Of a DNA stretch of 64,000 nt, positions 34,770 through 47,060 are shown in pieces. A model generated the notes under the pieces. That model worked only from the letters and a program-made list of their open reading frames with translations, had not been told where the DNA came from and ran no database searches. The stretch's first letter is position 1; every line of letters begins with the position of its first letter. The stretch covers positions 35,951,277-36,015,276 of the forward strand of contig JARFYF010000012.1 in NCBI GenBank assembly GCA_030265395.1, read 5' to 3'. Source of the stretch: Rhina ancylostomus. Lineage: Eukaryota. The translations under genes and the position numbers were made by a program.

Positions 34770-36310
34770 TAGTGGCTTAGTTAACCTTGCTGATGGCTTG
34801 GTAATTGAGAGGCCTTGACCATTTATCTGGAGACATGAGATGGAACCCACCAAGGCCTCTGGGGAATTTAAATTCAGTTAATCTAATTAATCTGTCACCA
34901 TAAAACAACCAGATTGCCCACACCAATGTCCTTCAGGGAAGGAACTATGCCACCTTGATCCACTGCGAATGCAATTCCAGGCTCACGAGGTGAGGCCTTA
35001 CCTCAACAATATGCCATTCACAGAAGCACTTTCCTGTAAAAATATTTGTAAGAGTAAATACACACCACTTCTGAAGACAAAGGTCAGCCTTCATGCTACG
35101 GGTATCATTAGTATATTGTGCAACACTACAACCGTTCTGAATGGAACAGATTCAAAGCAGAACTAGCAGCTCAAAACTAGTCATCGTGGACCAGAAAGGA
35201 TTATTATCAGTAGCAATGCAATGCATGCCTGGCATATTTTTTGCTCCACCATTACCATCCAGCTGGGAACAAAACCTTGTTCAATGCAGTGTAGAAAGGC
35301 AGAGTAAGTCCAGCACCAGGTGTACATAAAATTAATTAGAGAGCCTGGTGAAACGGCAATATGGGACTGTGTGCACACTAATCTACAGAAACAGCACACC
35401 ATAGATCAAGCTCATAATTGTCACAACCAATGGACGAAATCAAGACTCTGCAGACCCGTCCCATGGAGCTTTGAGTGGTGGTGCATAATTAACAACTGAC
35501 AGGAGGCAACTCCATGAACAAATCTATCCATACTAATGGCAGAACTCAGGCATTTGCAAATATCCTCAACCAGAAGCATAGAGTGGAAAATATGCCTGTG
35601 GCCCCCACCATCCTGGAAGCCTGTTGTCAGCTAATTTGATTCACCCCATGATATCTCAAGAAATAGCAAAATGCACTGGTCACAGCAAAAGCTTGAGCCC
35701 AGAAGCTGTAACGCTGAAAACTCAAGGTCTGGTATTAGCCATGCCTCCAGCCATCTTGTACCAGAGCCAATGCAATGATGGCAAACATCTGACAAAGAAG
35801 AGCCCAGATATATTCCAGCTACGAAATGTAGGACATAGCCAGGTAATTACTCTCCATCAGTTTACTCTCACCAAAGAAAAAGAATATGCTGACAACATTT
35901 ATTCAACAAAAACCTGTTAATTAATTTTCAGTCTGGGATTTGCCTCTACCATTCAGCCTCATCACTGCTTTGGTCTAAACATAAATAAAGGAGCTCTATT
36001 GCAGCGGGGCAAGTAACTATTCTTAACATTGAGGCAGCATTTGGCTAAATTCAGCATCAAAGAAACCCTACAAAACTAGAGTGAGTGAAAATCAGGAGGG
36101 AAACTTTCTGGTGGCAGGTATCACACCTAGCACAAAATTGTTGTGGTTTTTGATAGGTAATCACCTCAGCCCCAGGTTACCTCTGCTGGGTCTCGACAGG
36201 GCAGTGCCCTGAAGCCAACTATCAATAGCTGTTTCATCAATGATTTTCCCTTCATTAGGAACATGACGAAGTGTTGAACTGAATGCTGCAGTCATCACCA
36301 TTTGCAACTT
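34770..36310 (+). mobile_element. Family-B LINE with SINE-like 5' head and decayed ORF2
   Basis: Head ggaatttaaattcagtta...caccaatgtccttcagggaagg is followed by EWNRFKAELAAQN (35139), EWWCIIxQLTG (35472), IEAAFG (36028) and QGSALKPTINSCFINDFP (36197). Confidence 0.8.
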
Positions 36311-37175
36311 GTTGCAAGATACAAAACAAAGATGCTCAAAAGCATAAATGAAAACAATAAATACTGAAAATATTCAGCAAGTCAAGGGGTAAGCCAGGAA
36401 AGAGAAAAAAATTTATATTTTGGCATTAACACAGGAGTTGTGTATCATACAAATGCAATATGTGGAACTTGCACAAAGAACAAGATGATATACAATTCAG
36501 AGACCAGCATTGTTAGGTTTTCCTGCGTTATTACTGGCCTGAAACTAATATTGTCTACTTTAGCACATTCTTCCCAAATCAGGTTTAGCTGGTTCTCCCT
36601 GTCACCAGCAGATAGCACAATAGGTTCAATCGTTACAGCCAGCTCTTAAAAGGGACATTCCACAGAGCAAGGCACAATCTACCAGCCACAGAGTAGTGTT
36701 GTTACTGACTGCATGAATCTTACAGAATGATAAGGAGGGGACTGGACTGTTCCCAAGTAAATAGAGAGACTAGAACAGGCTGATTGACAGTACCCATGGT
36801 ATACACATATTCTTGGTGAAATAGAGTCATGGAAACTCTTCAGGGCAACTCAGCACTCCCAGCTGGAATGAGGAGACTGATTTCCCATGGGTTCCAAAGA
36901 AATGTGCACAAAACTTCTGTTGCTGGTAAAGCAGAGTTTTAAATTATCTCACCTATATTATTGAAAAACAATTATTACTTAATATAAAAATAAAGACTTA
37001 TTTCATTTACCTTTTTAATGAGAGGTGCCGAGGAGGATGATACAAAAGGCACCCCCCATCGTTCAGTTCAGTAATTACGAAATGACTCTGGGCACAGTGA
37101 GCAGTCTAGAGGGTAGGGAGTAGGTAGATGTGCCTGTACATGACCCTCAGCAAGCTCCACATTTCCATGCTGTAG

Positions 37176-37373
37176 TGTGCAGATAAGGAATCCCAAAGAA
37201 CACTGAACAGCCACAACAGTCAGCCTACGATACCCATTGTGATACAATTCCCCCTGCCCAATTACAAGTCTTAATGTGCAGATAAGGAATCCCAAAGAAC
37301 ACTGAACAGCCACAACAGTCAGCCAACGATACCCATTGTGATACAATTCCCCCTGCCCAATTACAAGTCTTAA
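37176..37373. repeat. Tandem duplication, 2 x 99 bp, one mismatch
   Basis: 37176-37274 and 37275-37373 are identical except cagcctacga versus cagccaacga. Confidence 0.97.
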
Positions 37374-38084
37374 CCAATTTAAACCAGATGTACTTCAATT
37401 TTTTTTGCACAACATTTGGATATACAAGCTTTAAATCAGTCTTTGGTGATAGCACAAAATGAGTTACGTTGAATCAGCAGCCTACCTCACATACTGTCCA
37501 ATTCTAATTTCCACTAATAAAAAAAAATCAGGTGAGGAATAAAATAGACTTTCTATTCTCTATTATCCACTTTGTGCTACTGTCAATGAGCAATTTCAAC
37601 CTTACAGAAACATTCTATTCTTTAGTGTATAATGTATCATGAATATTCATTTAGCTTCCTTTACAATAGTTCTCTTTCTGCTAACTCCATACAACACAGG
37701 TCATCACATAATTAAGTACAGAAAGACAAACTGCTCAAGGGTGTTCATTCTGCTGCCACCAATCCATAGCTCTCTGACTGAACAAGTACGATTGGCCAAA
37801 TGACATTTAATATGCTCCATCATACACTCCAAATATGCCATTTAACCTGCTAATGTGAAGAAAGATATTCTGAAAAGGCAGAATTCTAATCTTTCAATAG
37901 GTTTCCTTTCTTGAAGTGTTATTGCCATGGTTTCAAGAAGCTTGTTAACATCACATGACACACTGCTCCAACGCCATCATTACTTGTAAAACTCAATCTT
38001 CTGTATAAGTATGTACTTATCTGACTGCTTTTGAAAAGCTGCAATTAGGCACACAATTAGCTTTTCTCAGCATAAGCACAAAAA

Positions 38085-38900
38085 AAAGAAAAAGGAAAAG
38101 AAAAAGGAGAAAAGAAAAAGAAATCGGGGCAGCAGTGGGCCATAAGACCTATCGATCTTGCCCTGTTACTTAACAAAATCATGGCTAAACTGGCATAGGC
38201 CTCAGCTTCACTTTCCTGCCTTGGCTCCCCAACAGATCAAAAATCTATCTTACCCTGTCATAAATATATGCAATGATTAAGTCCCCACAACTCTCTAGGA
38301 ATTAGAGAATTCTCAAAGTTCATTTACCACTTGCAAGAAGAAATTCCTCATCTGTGATCCTTTGTTCTGAAACAATGCTTTCTGGTTCTGGATTCTCCAA
38401 TGAAGAGACAACATCATCCCTGAATCTACCTTGTCAAATCTCCTCAGAATCTTATGCATTTCAGTAAGTTTAAGTCTCATTCTTCTAAACTCCAATGAGT
38501 ACAGATATGATCTGCTCAACCTATCCTTACAAATCAATCCCTTCATCCCAGAATACAACTAGGTGAACTTCTCCATACTGCCCCCAATTCAAGTGTATCC
38601 CTGCTCAAATGAGATCCAAACGGTACACTGTACTTCACTTGTAGAGTTAAGGCCTACAGGAGTGCAGCACAGCATTCAATTTTTATACTCCATCCCCTTT
38701 ACAAAAAAGGACAACATTCTTTTTGGCTTCCTACTTATTTGATGCTCCTATATACAACTTACAGTATTTAATTTAACAGAGGACTCATATTCCTTGCATT
38801 CTGTTGGCTCTCTCATTTAAACAAAATTCTGCTTTTCTATTTGTCGTAGCAATGCAGATGACCTCATTTTCCAATACTCTAGGTATCCACTTGTCTGTGG
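38085..38900 (-). mobile_element. CR1 3' end and RT C-terminus
   Basis: ORF 38313-38558: GMKGLICKDRLSRSYLYSLEFRRMR...MRNFFLQVVN. The purine tract at 38081-38122 lies at the tail. Confidence 0.85.
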
Positions 38901-39319
38901 GAAAATTGTTCCTGATCTCATTTTCTGTTCTGTTAACAACTTCTTCCTCTTTTTCCCTACTCCCAATCAATGTCAAAGAATTGGTTTTCTTTCGTATTAA
39001 CTTTAGCTTAGCCATTGAAACAACTAAGTTCCGTCTCTTTTCAATTTCTCCAAGAAAAAAAAATCTCAATCCTCCAAAACCTAGGCCCAAACTACCTCTG
39101 CCCCTGACAAAGAACATTTCAATGCAGCAGTTGAAGTGCCAATACATTCATCAATGATGCTAAAATGCCCAGTAATTTCATCAGCACAGTATGGAATTGG
39201 AAGTATCCAAAGTGTATATGATTAGTTATTTAAATATGCAATCATACAACATGACTAACAAACATGTATGCAACTACATGAAAATAAATAATATTTTCAT
39301 GATTATTTAGTTTTGGGTT

Positions 39320-39620
39320 ACAAGTGTTGCTGGGAAAACTAACATTAATTCGCAGTTCGCATACAAGTGACTGGTTCGATTAACCATTTAAGGCTCAACA
39401 TTATATCTGTGTGACTCCAGTCCCACATGCAAGACCAGGATGTGACATTTAGTTTCCTTCCCTAGAGGGTATTAATGAAACTGTTGAGTTTCTACACCAA
39501 TCCAACAACTTCAAGGTCACTTTACTTAATACTAGCACTTCTACTAAACTACATTCACACAGTCTCAAACTGCCAGAATGGGTTTCGAATTCACATCCTC
39601 TGAGCTAATGGTGTCGGTCA
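39320..39620 (-). mobile_element. Family-B-related SINE, decayed antisense copy
   Basis: Order on the + strand is tail (aaactaacattaattcgc), body (tttccttccctagagggtattaatgaaac), head (tgggtttcgaattcacatcctctgagc): the reverse of 21430-21780. Confidence 0.6.
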
Positions 39621-42600
39621 AGCTTTCCAGCTTACCCATGCATAAATGTTACCCTCACGAACAGTAACATGCATGGAAATGTAGTGTAACTTCATAAAGT
39701 TCAGCTGCAAATTCCTGAAAACTACATTAACAAACAGTAAAAAAAATCTGTCCAGTTCTATAGTATCACTTGATAATTTAGAATGTGAGACTGAACAATC
39801 CTATCCAACACTCATCTCTCAACACTAGTCAAAGTATCAGCGTCCTCTGGAAGACACACTATTCAAAACAGCTCAAGTGTCTTCTCACCGTTGCAAGGTG
39901 AGAATCACTCATTTTGATAGCTAAAGCACAACAAAGTCAAACCAGCATGGAATTCCTGTGACTCCCTGCAACATCCAGTAAAGCACGTACTAATCATACT
40001 CAAATCTTTTCTTTTTACCTCTGTCAAAAGGTTGGAGATCTTTGGAATTTCAAACTNNNNNNNNNNGTTCCTCTAAATTTTAATTAGCTGATCCCAATCT
40101 ACAGTACAGCAGGAATTGTTCCCAGTGGCAGGGCAACTCCATCTAAGCTATACATAGCACATTCTAAAAGATTTCTATGTAACTTTATTGATTTAATGCA
40201 TTTCTGGTGTCAGAAGTGAAAATCCTTCTGCCAATAACTTCATACCTTTCATTACAATCATAATCTTAAAAACATCAGCAAAACAAATGTCAAAAATAAA
40301 TCGCTTGCAAAGCATTCTGGGTGTTATTTCAACAACATCACCCCCTCCNNNNNNNNNNNNNNNNNNNNNNNNNNNNNNNNNNNNNNNNNNNNNNNNNNNN
40401 NNNNNNNNNNNNNNNNNNNNNNNNNNNNNNNNNNNNNNNNNNNNNNNNACCCCCTCCCCCCCCCAACTGCTCGGAAGGTGGCACGGGCACTATGACATGT
40501 AGTTAACCCATGCAAGTCACTTCACATCTATAAAAAGCGAAACAGGCTACAAAAATTCCAGAGAAGAATTCAGAAACCCAGAAAACTGCTTTCATGGTGG
40601 TCTCATTTTTTCTCACTGCTGTTATTTTTAAATATAAACTGCTTGGTTTATTTCATTCAACAATTTTATTTGTTTATCTTTGATTTTTTTTATATGGTCA
40701 GTCTGAGGTAAACCATATTGAGATATATCAGCATACTTTATTAGTGGAAGAGTTCTTTCCAAACGTAATACATTATCCTGTAGTCTGTGGATGACTGGGA
40801 TGACTACACAGAAACCATCACACAGTCCAGATACTATCCAGTCATTTACTCCACCCATCCGTGTCATGATATCCCATGACAGCATTGTCCCTCTATTAAT
40901 CTTTTCTCACCCTGCAACCTCTTCGCCTTGTTCCATGAGTAATCCATCCCATATATGACAAACACTGTTTACTTCAACTACTCCAATATAGCAGTAATTT
41001 TCCACATTCAAGAATCTCTGCACATTAACATTCATCTTGTATCCTTTGTTAGTGGCTGTCAGATATTTATGCCTCTATGTTTGGAGTTCACAGACCAGTT
41101 GTCCTATCAAACAATCACATTTTATAGGACACTTCTCACTCTTTTGCATGGTTCAGTGTCCTGGCTCCACAATTTTTCCCAATATCCTCTCAATTCCAAC
41201 AAAGTAGAATCTGCAACACAAATCATTTGGCTAATAAATCTGCAAATTTTGCAAGGCAGCACAAGTCCTAAAGCTGTGGACACCACTTCCAGATGAAATC
41301 CCTAGCATCAACAAACAGGGCAATTCACATTAGTGCAGCAAACATTTTCCCCAGAATCAGTCACGTGCCTGGTGACACAGGCACAAACAACTAATCGGCT
41401 CGCTGTACGCAAATTATTTTCCTGAAGGGTTCCTTAACAATGTCAGTAACAAGAAAACATAACTGTGCATAGCAAGGATATTTTACCTGGATATGCATTC
41501 ATTTGCAGATCAGAATTTCAATTCAAAAAATGCAATTTGCAGTGTTTGTCTGTCATTTAAACCAACATTAGGGTGGGCAAACAGGAGATAACTCCATCAA
41601 TAACTGCCATGAAAATTCACCCCCTGGGCCATGTTACCTCCTTATTTGGTGAGATTTCTGGAGAGGCTCCCACTGCTTTGGAGTGAATTTTAACAGCAGT
41701 ATACTGAGTTGTTGATAAAGATCATTCTCAAAGGATATCAGCAAAATCTGTGCAAAACAGAAACACTTGACATTTACTTCATGTTTATATATCCTTTTAT
41801 GAAGGAAGTACCAAGCAAAATAATTTCTTCACATTGCTGTAAGATTTAGAGACAGAGTTAATTTCATCTTAAATTCCTCTTTTACCAGATACTGTATTGT
41901 TTAAAATAAGTTTAATACTGCTGTTAAAATAGCTGGGAGAAGAATGTGCTAAAATGCTCATATAATATTTTCCTACATTGTAGTTTTAAATCTAGAATCT
42001 CAAAATGGTAAACAAAATGTAATGGACAGGAAATTCTGTTGTTCACATATTTACGCACACTTTGCTAACTTAGTTCCAGGTTTTCCACGTGGTTGATGTA
42101 CAGGTGCATGGATTGTACAAAATTCATCCCACTTTACCCCAATCCCACTAGAGACATGTCCTACTCCAAATGGTGGACCTTAGACTGGATGTTAATAGAA
42201 CTAAATTGGGGGCAGAGATCAAAGGTTAGTCAAAAGCAGCTTTTTATACTAGTACTAGGTACTTGCATCAGCTGAGAAAAAAAATTTGAAGGATTACTTA
42301 TATGTCACTAATCCTTTTGGATTAGTTCACCAACATGTTTCATTATACTTTGTTTCATTTGCATTCAATAAGATAACCCCCTAGTGTATGGCCTCCAGGC
42401 TGTTTCAAGCTTCCATATTAGACTGAGCATGGATGAAAGTCTGAAATTAACTGAGCTGTGAACAGCTGACCACAGCCAGTTTCTCCCACTGTCAGCTCAA
42501 TTCGGCCAACTGTCTGTCCTATCAATAACACACCCTTAACGTGAAAGGGACCATCACAACTAAATGCAATGAGTTCCCAGGGAAACCTTTAAGGGTTCAA

Positions 42601-43039
42601 AATCTCCACATTGCTGTTTCAAATTTTCTCTCAACACAGCCCCAAAGGCCAGAGATCTTCACGCCCCCATTGATATCAAGTGTTTCATGAATTTCAGTGT
42701 TCGCTGGTTTGACTTGAAAAACTCAACCTAAACATCTATTGATTACACCGAGGTAATCTGTGCATGTTAATAAACAGTCTGAACTATTCATCAAAGGTTC
42801 TCACCTTTAGCAAACTTACATCTGCATATTTTAAAGGCAAGTCCCTGTCAATTCCAACTTTTGAAAGCATCATTATATTCTTTTAAAAGTCTGCTTAGAT
42901 GCAAAATTAAAACCTGACCCAACCTTGACCAATCTAAACCTAATTCAAGCCCAAGGACTGATATGTTTTTTGATACCAACCAATCCAAACTTGATGCAAA
43001 TAAGTCTGTTCGCAACAGGCACACATTGGGTAACTTGGC

Positions 43040-43740
43040 CCCCGAGCAAAACTATACAGCAAGAAATAGACACCATTTCCTGTGGTACCTGCACTCTCCC
43101 TACTACTTGAGAGCAGTCAGTCTTCCATAATCCCATAGTACTGAGACTTAGTACAATTATTGATGAAGAGCCAGTGTGGCCAAATGCATCCTGAGCTTCA
43201 GGACTTGTAATATTTTTGATACCCAACCTGAACCTAAAGTTATATCACTTATTCTCCATCCCACGCTGACATTTTTGTCTATGATTTCCTGCACTGTTAC
43301 AACAAGAGCCAATGTAACTTTGAGAAACAGCACCTTGTTTTCTGTCAGGACACATTAGAGCCTTCCAAACTCAAGAATTTCAGGTACATACTCTGCATCA
43401 GAACTAGTCAGTTCTACTGTTGGTCACCCACTGTAATGTTGGCTCAGGTTTTCTCTCCTTACTAGCATGGCCTGAGCTGCTGGACATTTTCACAGCTTTT
43501 ACATGTTCCCTTGTGTTCTCCATCTCCCTTACAGCTCACAATAATCTGTCAACCAGATGGCCTCATCACTCTCACCCATTCAGAGAGACATTCCCTTTGT
43601 CCCTTCCCTCCCACAACCCCTCTGCAACTTAAAACCAGCATTTTCTCCCAGTTCTGATGAAGGATCTTTGACTTGAGGTGTTAACTCCGTCTCTCTAGCC
43701 ACAGATGTTGCCTAACCAGCAGTTTCTGTTTTCAGTTCAG
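43040..43740 (+). mobile_element. PLE 3' portion, decayed
   Basis: FLHCYNKSQCNFEKQHLVF at ~43286; pLTR with agttCTGATGAagg...tgttaact at 43650-43686. Confidence 0.75.
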
Positions 43741-44254
43741 TAAGGACATTAAGTATACTGTGGAGGACAGACTTCAATATCAAACACCATGAGTAACACT
43801 GGTAACAAGATCCTAAATTGATCTGGCTAAATCCTTAAGGCCTCAGATGCCACGAAAGGCTTATGCTTGGCAGTGTGAAGATCAACATATATAAAAACCT
43901 GCTTGATCTCATTCTCACCAACCCATCACCACAGGCACAAAGACAGTTCTAATGAAATGGTCAACACACAATCCTCGTGAAATCATCATCTCATCTTCAT
44001 TTGTATCAATGTTGACAGTGGCTCACTTCATACCACCCTTCCCTCTCAATCAGAAATTTCTGGGTCCAACATTATCCAGATGTGGCATTCCAAGTCTCAA
44101 TGTTATTGGAGATGCTTTTAAATTTACAGATCTAATGCAAGCAAATGTGATTAGTGTAGATTGGAAAAAAGGTCAGCATGGACCTGGTAGGCCTAAAGAC
44201 CCAAATCTGTAATGTGCAACTCCACAATTCTAAATAACATTCCATAGCCAGTTC

Positions 44255-44780
44255 TCAACTGTTCTCTTAGGTGGATGTAAATGATCCCATGGCACCTTCA
44301 TGGCACAGTAGTGTAGCGGTTAGCGCAACATATTACAGCGCCAGTAATTGGGGTTCAATTCCCGTCGCTGCCTGTGAGGAGTTTGTACGTTCTCCTGTGT
44401 CTGCGTGGGTTTCCTCCGGGTGCTCAGGTTTCCTCCCACAATCTAAAGACGTACGGGTAGGTTAATTTGGGGTTTAAAATGGGCGGCGCGGACTCATTGG
44501 GAAGGGCCTGTTACCACGTTGTAAATAAAATTTAAAAATTTAAATTTAATTCTTGGCAAAGAGCACTGGTTAACCCTGGTGTCCTAGTTTAATCCTTCAC
44601 TCAACATCACTAAAACATAAAATATATGGTTATTGTCATATTGTGTTTTGCATAAACCTGCTAGAAGAAATTGGCTACCACACTTCCCACATCATCGCAA
44701 TGACTTATTGCTTGTAAAATGTTTTGGGACACCCTGAAAGGGGCTCAAAAGCTGCAATGTAAATGTCCATGTTGCTTTTC
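44255..44780 (+). mobile_element. Deu-domain SINE (AmnSINE/SacSINE-like), split by a V-SINE
   Basis: aggtggatgtaaatgatcccatggcac (44269) | aagagcactgg...cctggtgtcctag...tcaacatcactaaaaca...aaattggctacc...ttttgggacaccctga. Confidence 0.8.
44301..44550 (+). mobile_element. V-SINE, best-preserved copy in the window
   Basis: A box tagtgtagcgg (44308), B box ggttcaattcc (44352), near-consensus V domain, many CpGs retained, AT-rich tail aaataaaatttaaaaatttaaattt. Confidence 0.92.
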
Positions 44781-45544
44781 ACATTCAGAGAGGCTAGTCT
44801 CCATTGCACTGTTCCAGGCTAACAGCCTTTAAAGTAGGACAGATTCAGAAAAGATATAGGTCTATGCCCCCCTGGACAGCAACAACATACTGCAGATAAT
44901 CAGCAGCATCATAGCTGTACTGCACTGCAATCTGAAATCTCTCAGGCCAGCACACAGCTCAATCTGTTGGTCCTATCGAGTCAGAGTTGGTTTAATGAAG
45001 GATGTTGAAAACATGCCAGGAGCAGCACCAGGCATACCCTAAAACAAAGTATAAGACAACATCTTTGATAGTCAATTGATTCAATGTGCTACAGACAGGG
45101 CAAAGAGACTGTATCGACAACTCATCTGTGAATACTTTTTCTCTTTAAAATAAAAATGTGGGACTTAAAACTGCATTCTTCCAATTACTGACACATTCTC
45201 CCCCCACCCCAACAGTGTATCAATGAAGCAGAATGCACTGACAGCTATCCAGCAGTCCAGAGAGCCACTGGGTAGCTGCAGTGTATGCAGTGGCACGTCT
45301 CAAACTTCTGCATCTATGGATTGGGGCAATACAATGGGGCCCATCAGCTTTACACGCCTACATGGCTCAATTCATTTGCACGGAGTTACCAACCTACATT
45401 TAGAAGATCATTTTTTTTGTTTTCTTATAACATGGATGCCTTTGAACCCATCGAGTCTCTGCCAGCTCTGAGGATTCCATTCCTTCACTTACTTTCCCTG
45501 TAACCAATCCTCCCATCAATTCTACACTGATTCTGTCACCCAAT

Positions 45545-45715
45545 TACACCAGAGATAATTTACTGTGGTCAATTAATCTACCAGTACATCTTTGAGATGC
45601 TGGAGGAAACTGGAGTATCTGAGAAAAACCAATGCGCTCACAGGGAGAACATGCAGACACATAGATAACACCTGAGGTTAGAATTGAACTCTGAAACTGC
45701 TGCACAACCTTCCAC
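45545..45715 (-). mobile_element. V-SINE fragment
   Basis: acatctttgagatgctggaggaaactggagtatctgagaaaaaccaatgcgctcacagggagaacatgcagac is the antisense V domain. Confidence 0.8.
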
Positions 45716-46887
45716 TGTTTCCCAGCATCTCTGATCATTAGAGATATTTCTGAAATGACAAAATAGCCTTTGGAGAATGAGATCTTGGTTCACATTGCCC
45801 ACAACTTAATTGCCCTGTTGACCCACTGTTCCAGATAGAACAGTCATGATCACTGTACCTATAATGCATTGGAAACTTTACAGCTGCAAGAGGTCAATGC
45901 AGCCATGGGGTTAGCACAGACAGTGAGAGTGAATCAAAGGCCTGGATCAGTACAGATTGGCCCAAGATTTATGGCTTCTTTTCCATGCTTCTGCAATAAT
46001 TGCCTGTAGGTGTGAACAGATTTCAGAATATTTACTTAGCTGTGGTGGTCCTGCTCCTTCTTAAAAAACTAAACACAAATTGAATTACTTTCATGCAAAT
46101 CAATTCTAGCAGATCCCAAATGGTAATGCTGACAGCATGTCAGGGGATTACTTTAATTTAGGTGATTACATAAAATGATCAGCTGCCCTGTGCAAGCCTC
46201 TCCCAATTTTTCATTTTTATTAATTTCAATGGAAATGAAAGATCGGTAGTATATAATAGGTGGCTGAATCAATATGGCTCATTTTATACTGTCACATTAA
46301 GTCAAAATTGTGTGAACTTACATCAAGAGTAGAGTAAAAAATGAGATCAGAATCAAATTCCCCTCCTTAATTAAATGGAATCCTGGAAAACTTTGCTCAT
46401 CTTTTGGGAACTAAATTCCATGATTCAGTCCACACTTGTACAAAATCATGATTAAGAATCAGCAGGAACATTATGACGGGATGGAAATTTCACTTGNNNN
46501 NNNNNNNNNNNNNNNNNNNNNNNNNNNNNNNNNNNNNNNNNNNNNNNNNNNNNNNNNNNNNNNNNNNNNNNNNNNNNNNNNNNNNNNNNNNNNNNNNNNN
46601 NNNNNNNNNNNNNNNNNNNNNNNNNNNNNNNNNNNNNNNNNNNNNGTCTGGTCCCGGGTATTCACCAGTAACAACGTAGCACATGGGGTTCACTCATATT
46701 CTTAGTACCTCTTTCATCATCAGCTCTGGGAAATAACTCCAGCAGAACTGGGGTGAGGATACTGGAAACAATGTGCAAGCAGACTACTGGTCCTGATGAA
46801 GTAATGGGAATGAGCCTCAACTTTCTCAACACTGGTAGAATTCTGAAGGAGGTTACTTCAAACACAGTGGTGGAAATGACCATAATC

Positions 46888-47060
46888 GAAAAGCAAAAAC
46901 CTGCAGATGGTGAAAATCTGAAAAACAGAAAATACTGAGAATATACTGTAGATCAGGTAGCATCTGTGGAAAGAGAAACAGCATTAACATAGCTCTGATG
47001 ATAGGTTGTCAACCTTAAGTGTTAAATACCTTTTTTCTCTCCAGATGCTGCCTGACAATT
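46888..47060. mobile_element. Fold-back element of two inverted PLE ends with a decayed hammerhead
   Basis: tcaggtagcatctgtggaaagagaaac ... CTGATGAtaggttgtcaacct ... ttctctccagatgctgcctga. Confidence 0.75.

Larger units (their letters stand above)
43765..45130 (+). mobile_element. Family-B LINE fragments (APE and tether), interrupted by SINEs
   Basis: DFNIKHHE (43770), KNLLDLILTN (43893), WFNEGC*KxCQEQHQAYPK (44988). Confidence 0.65.

Noticed and set aside
36450-36646. Open - strand frame ELAVTIEPIVLSAGDRENQLNLIWEEC...
   Set aside because: Looks protein-like but has no convincing donor site or family match.
37176-37373. CRISPR-like or coding repeat array
   Set aside because: Only two contiguous units, no spacers, vertebrate context.
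38785-39157. Overlapping antiparallel ORFs of 120 and 117 aa
   Set aside because: They partly overlap CR1 remnant sequence, have low-complexity composition and show no recognisable domain.
26704-41599. Shared 13-mer gataactccatca at 26704 and 41587
   Set aside because: Dozens of 13-mer matches are expected by chance in 64 kb.
43650-43686. Additional functional hammerheads (also 32766-32802, 46992-47027, and - strand near 31300 and 49490)
   Set aside because: Core boxes are mutated (GAAA to GAGG, TAAG or GAAC; CTGA to CAGA or TTGA). They are homologous positions but unlikely to cleave.
44301-44375. tRNA gene
   Set aside because: A and B boxes are present, but the sequence runs directly into the V domain and has no oligo-T terminator. 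It is a SINE head.
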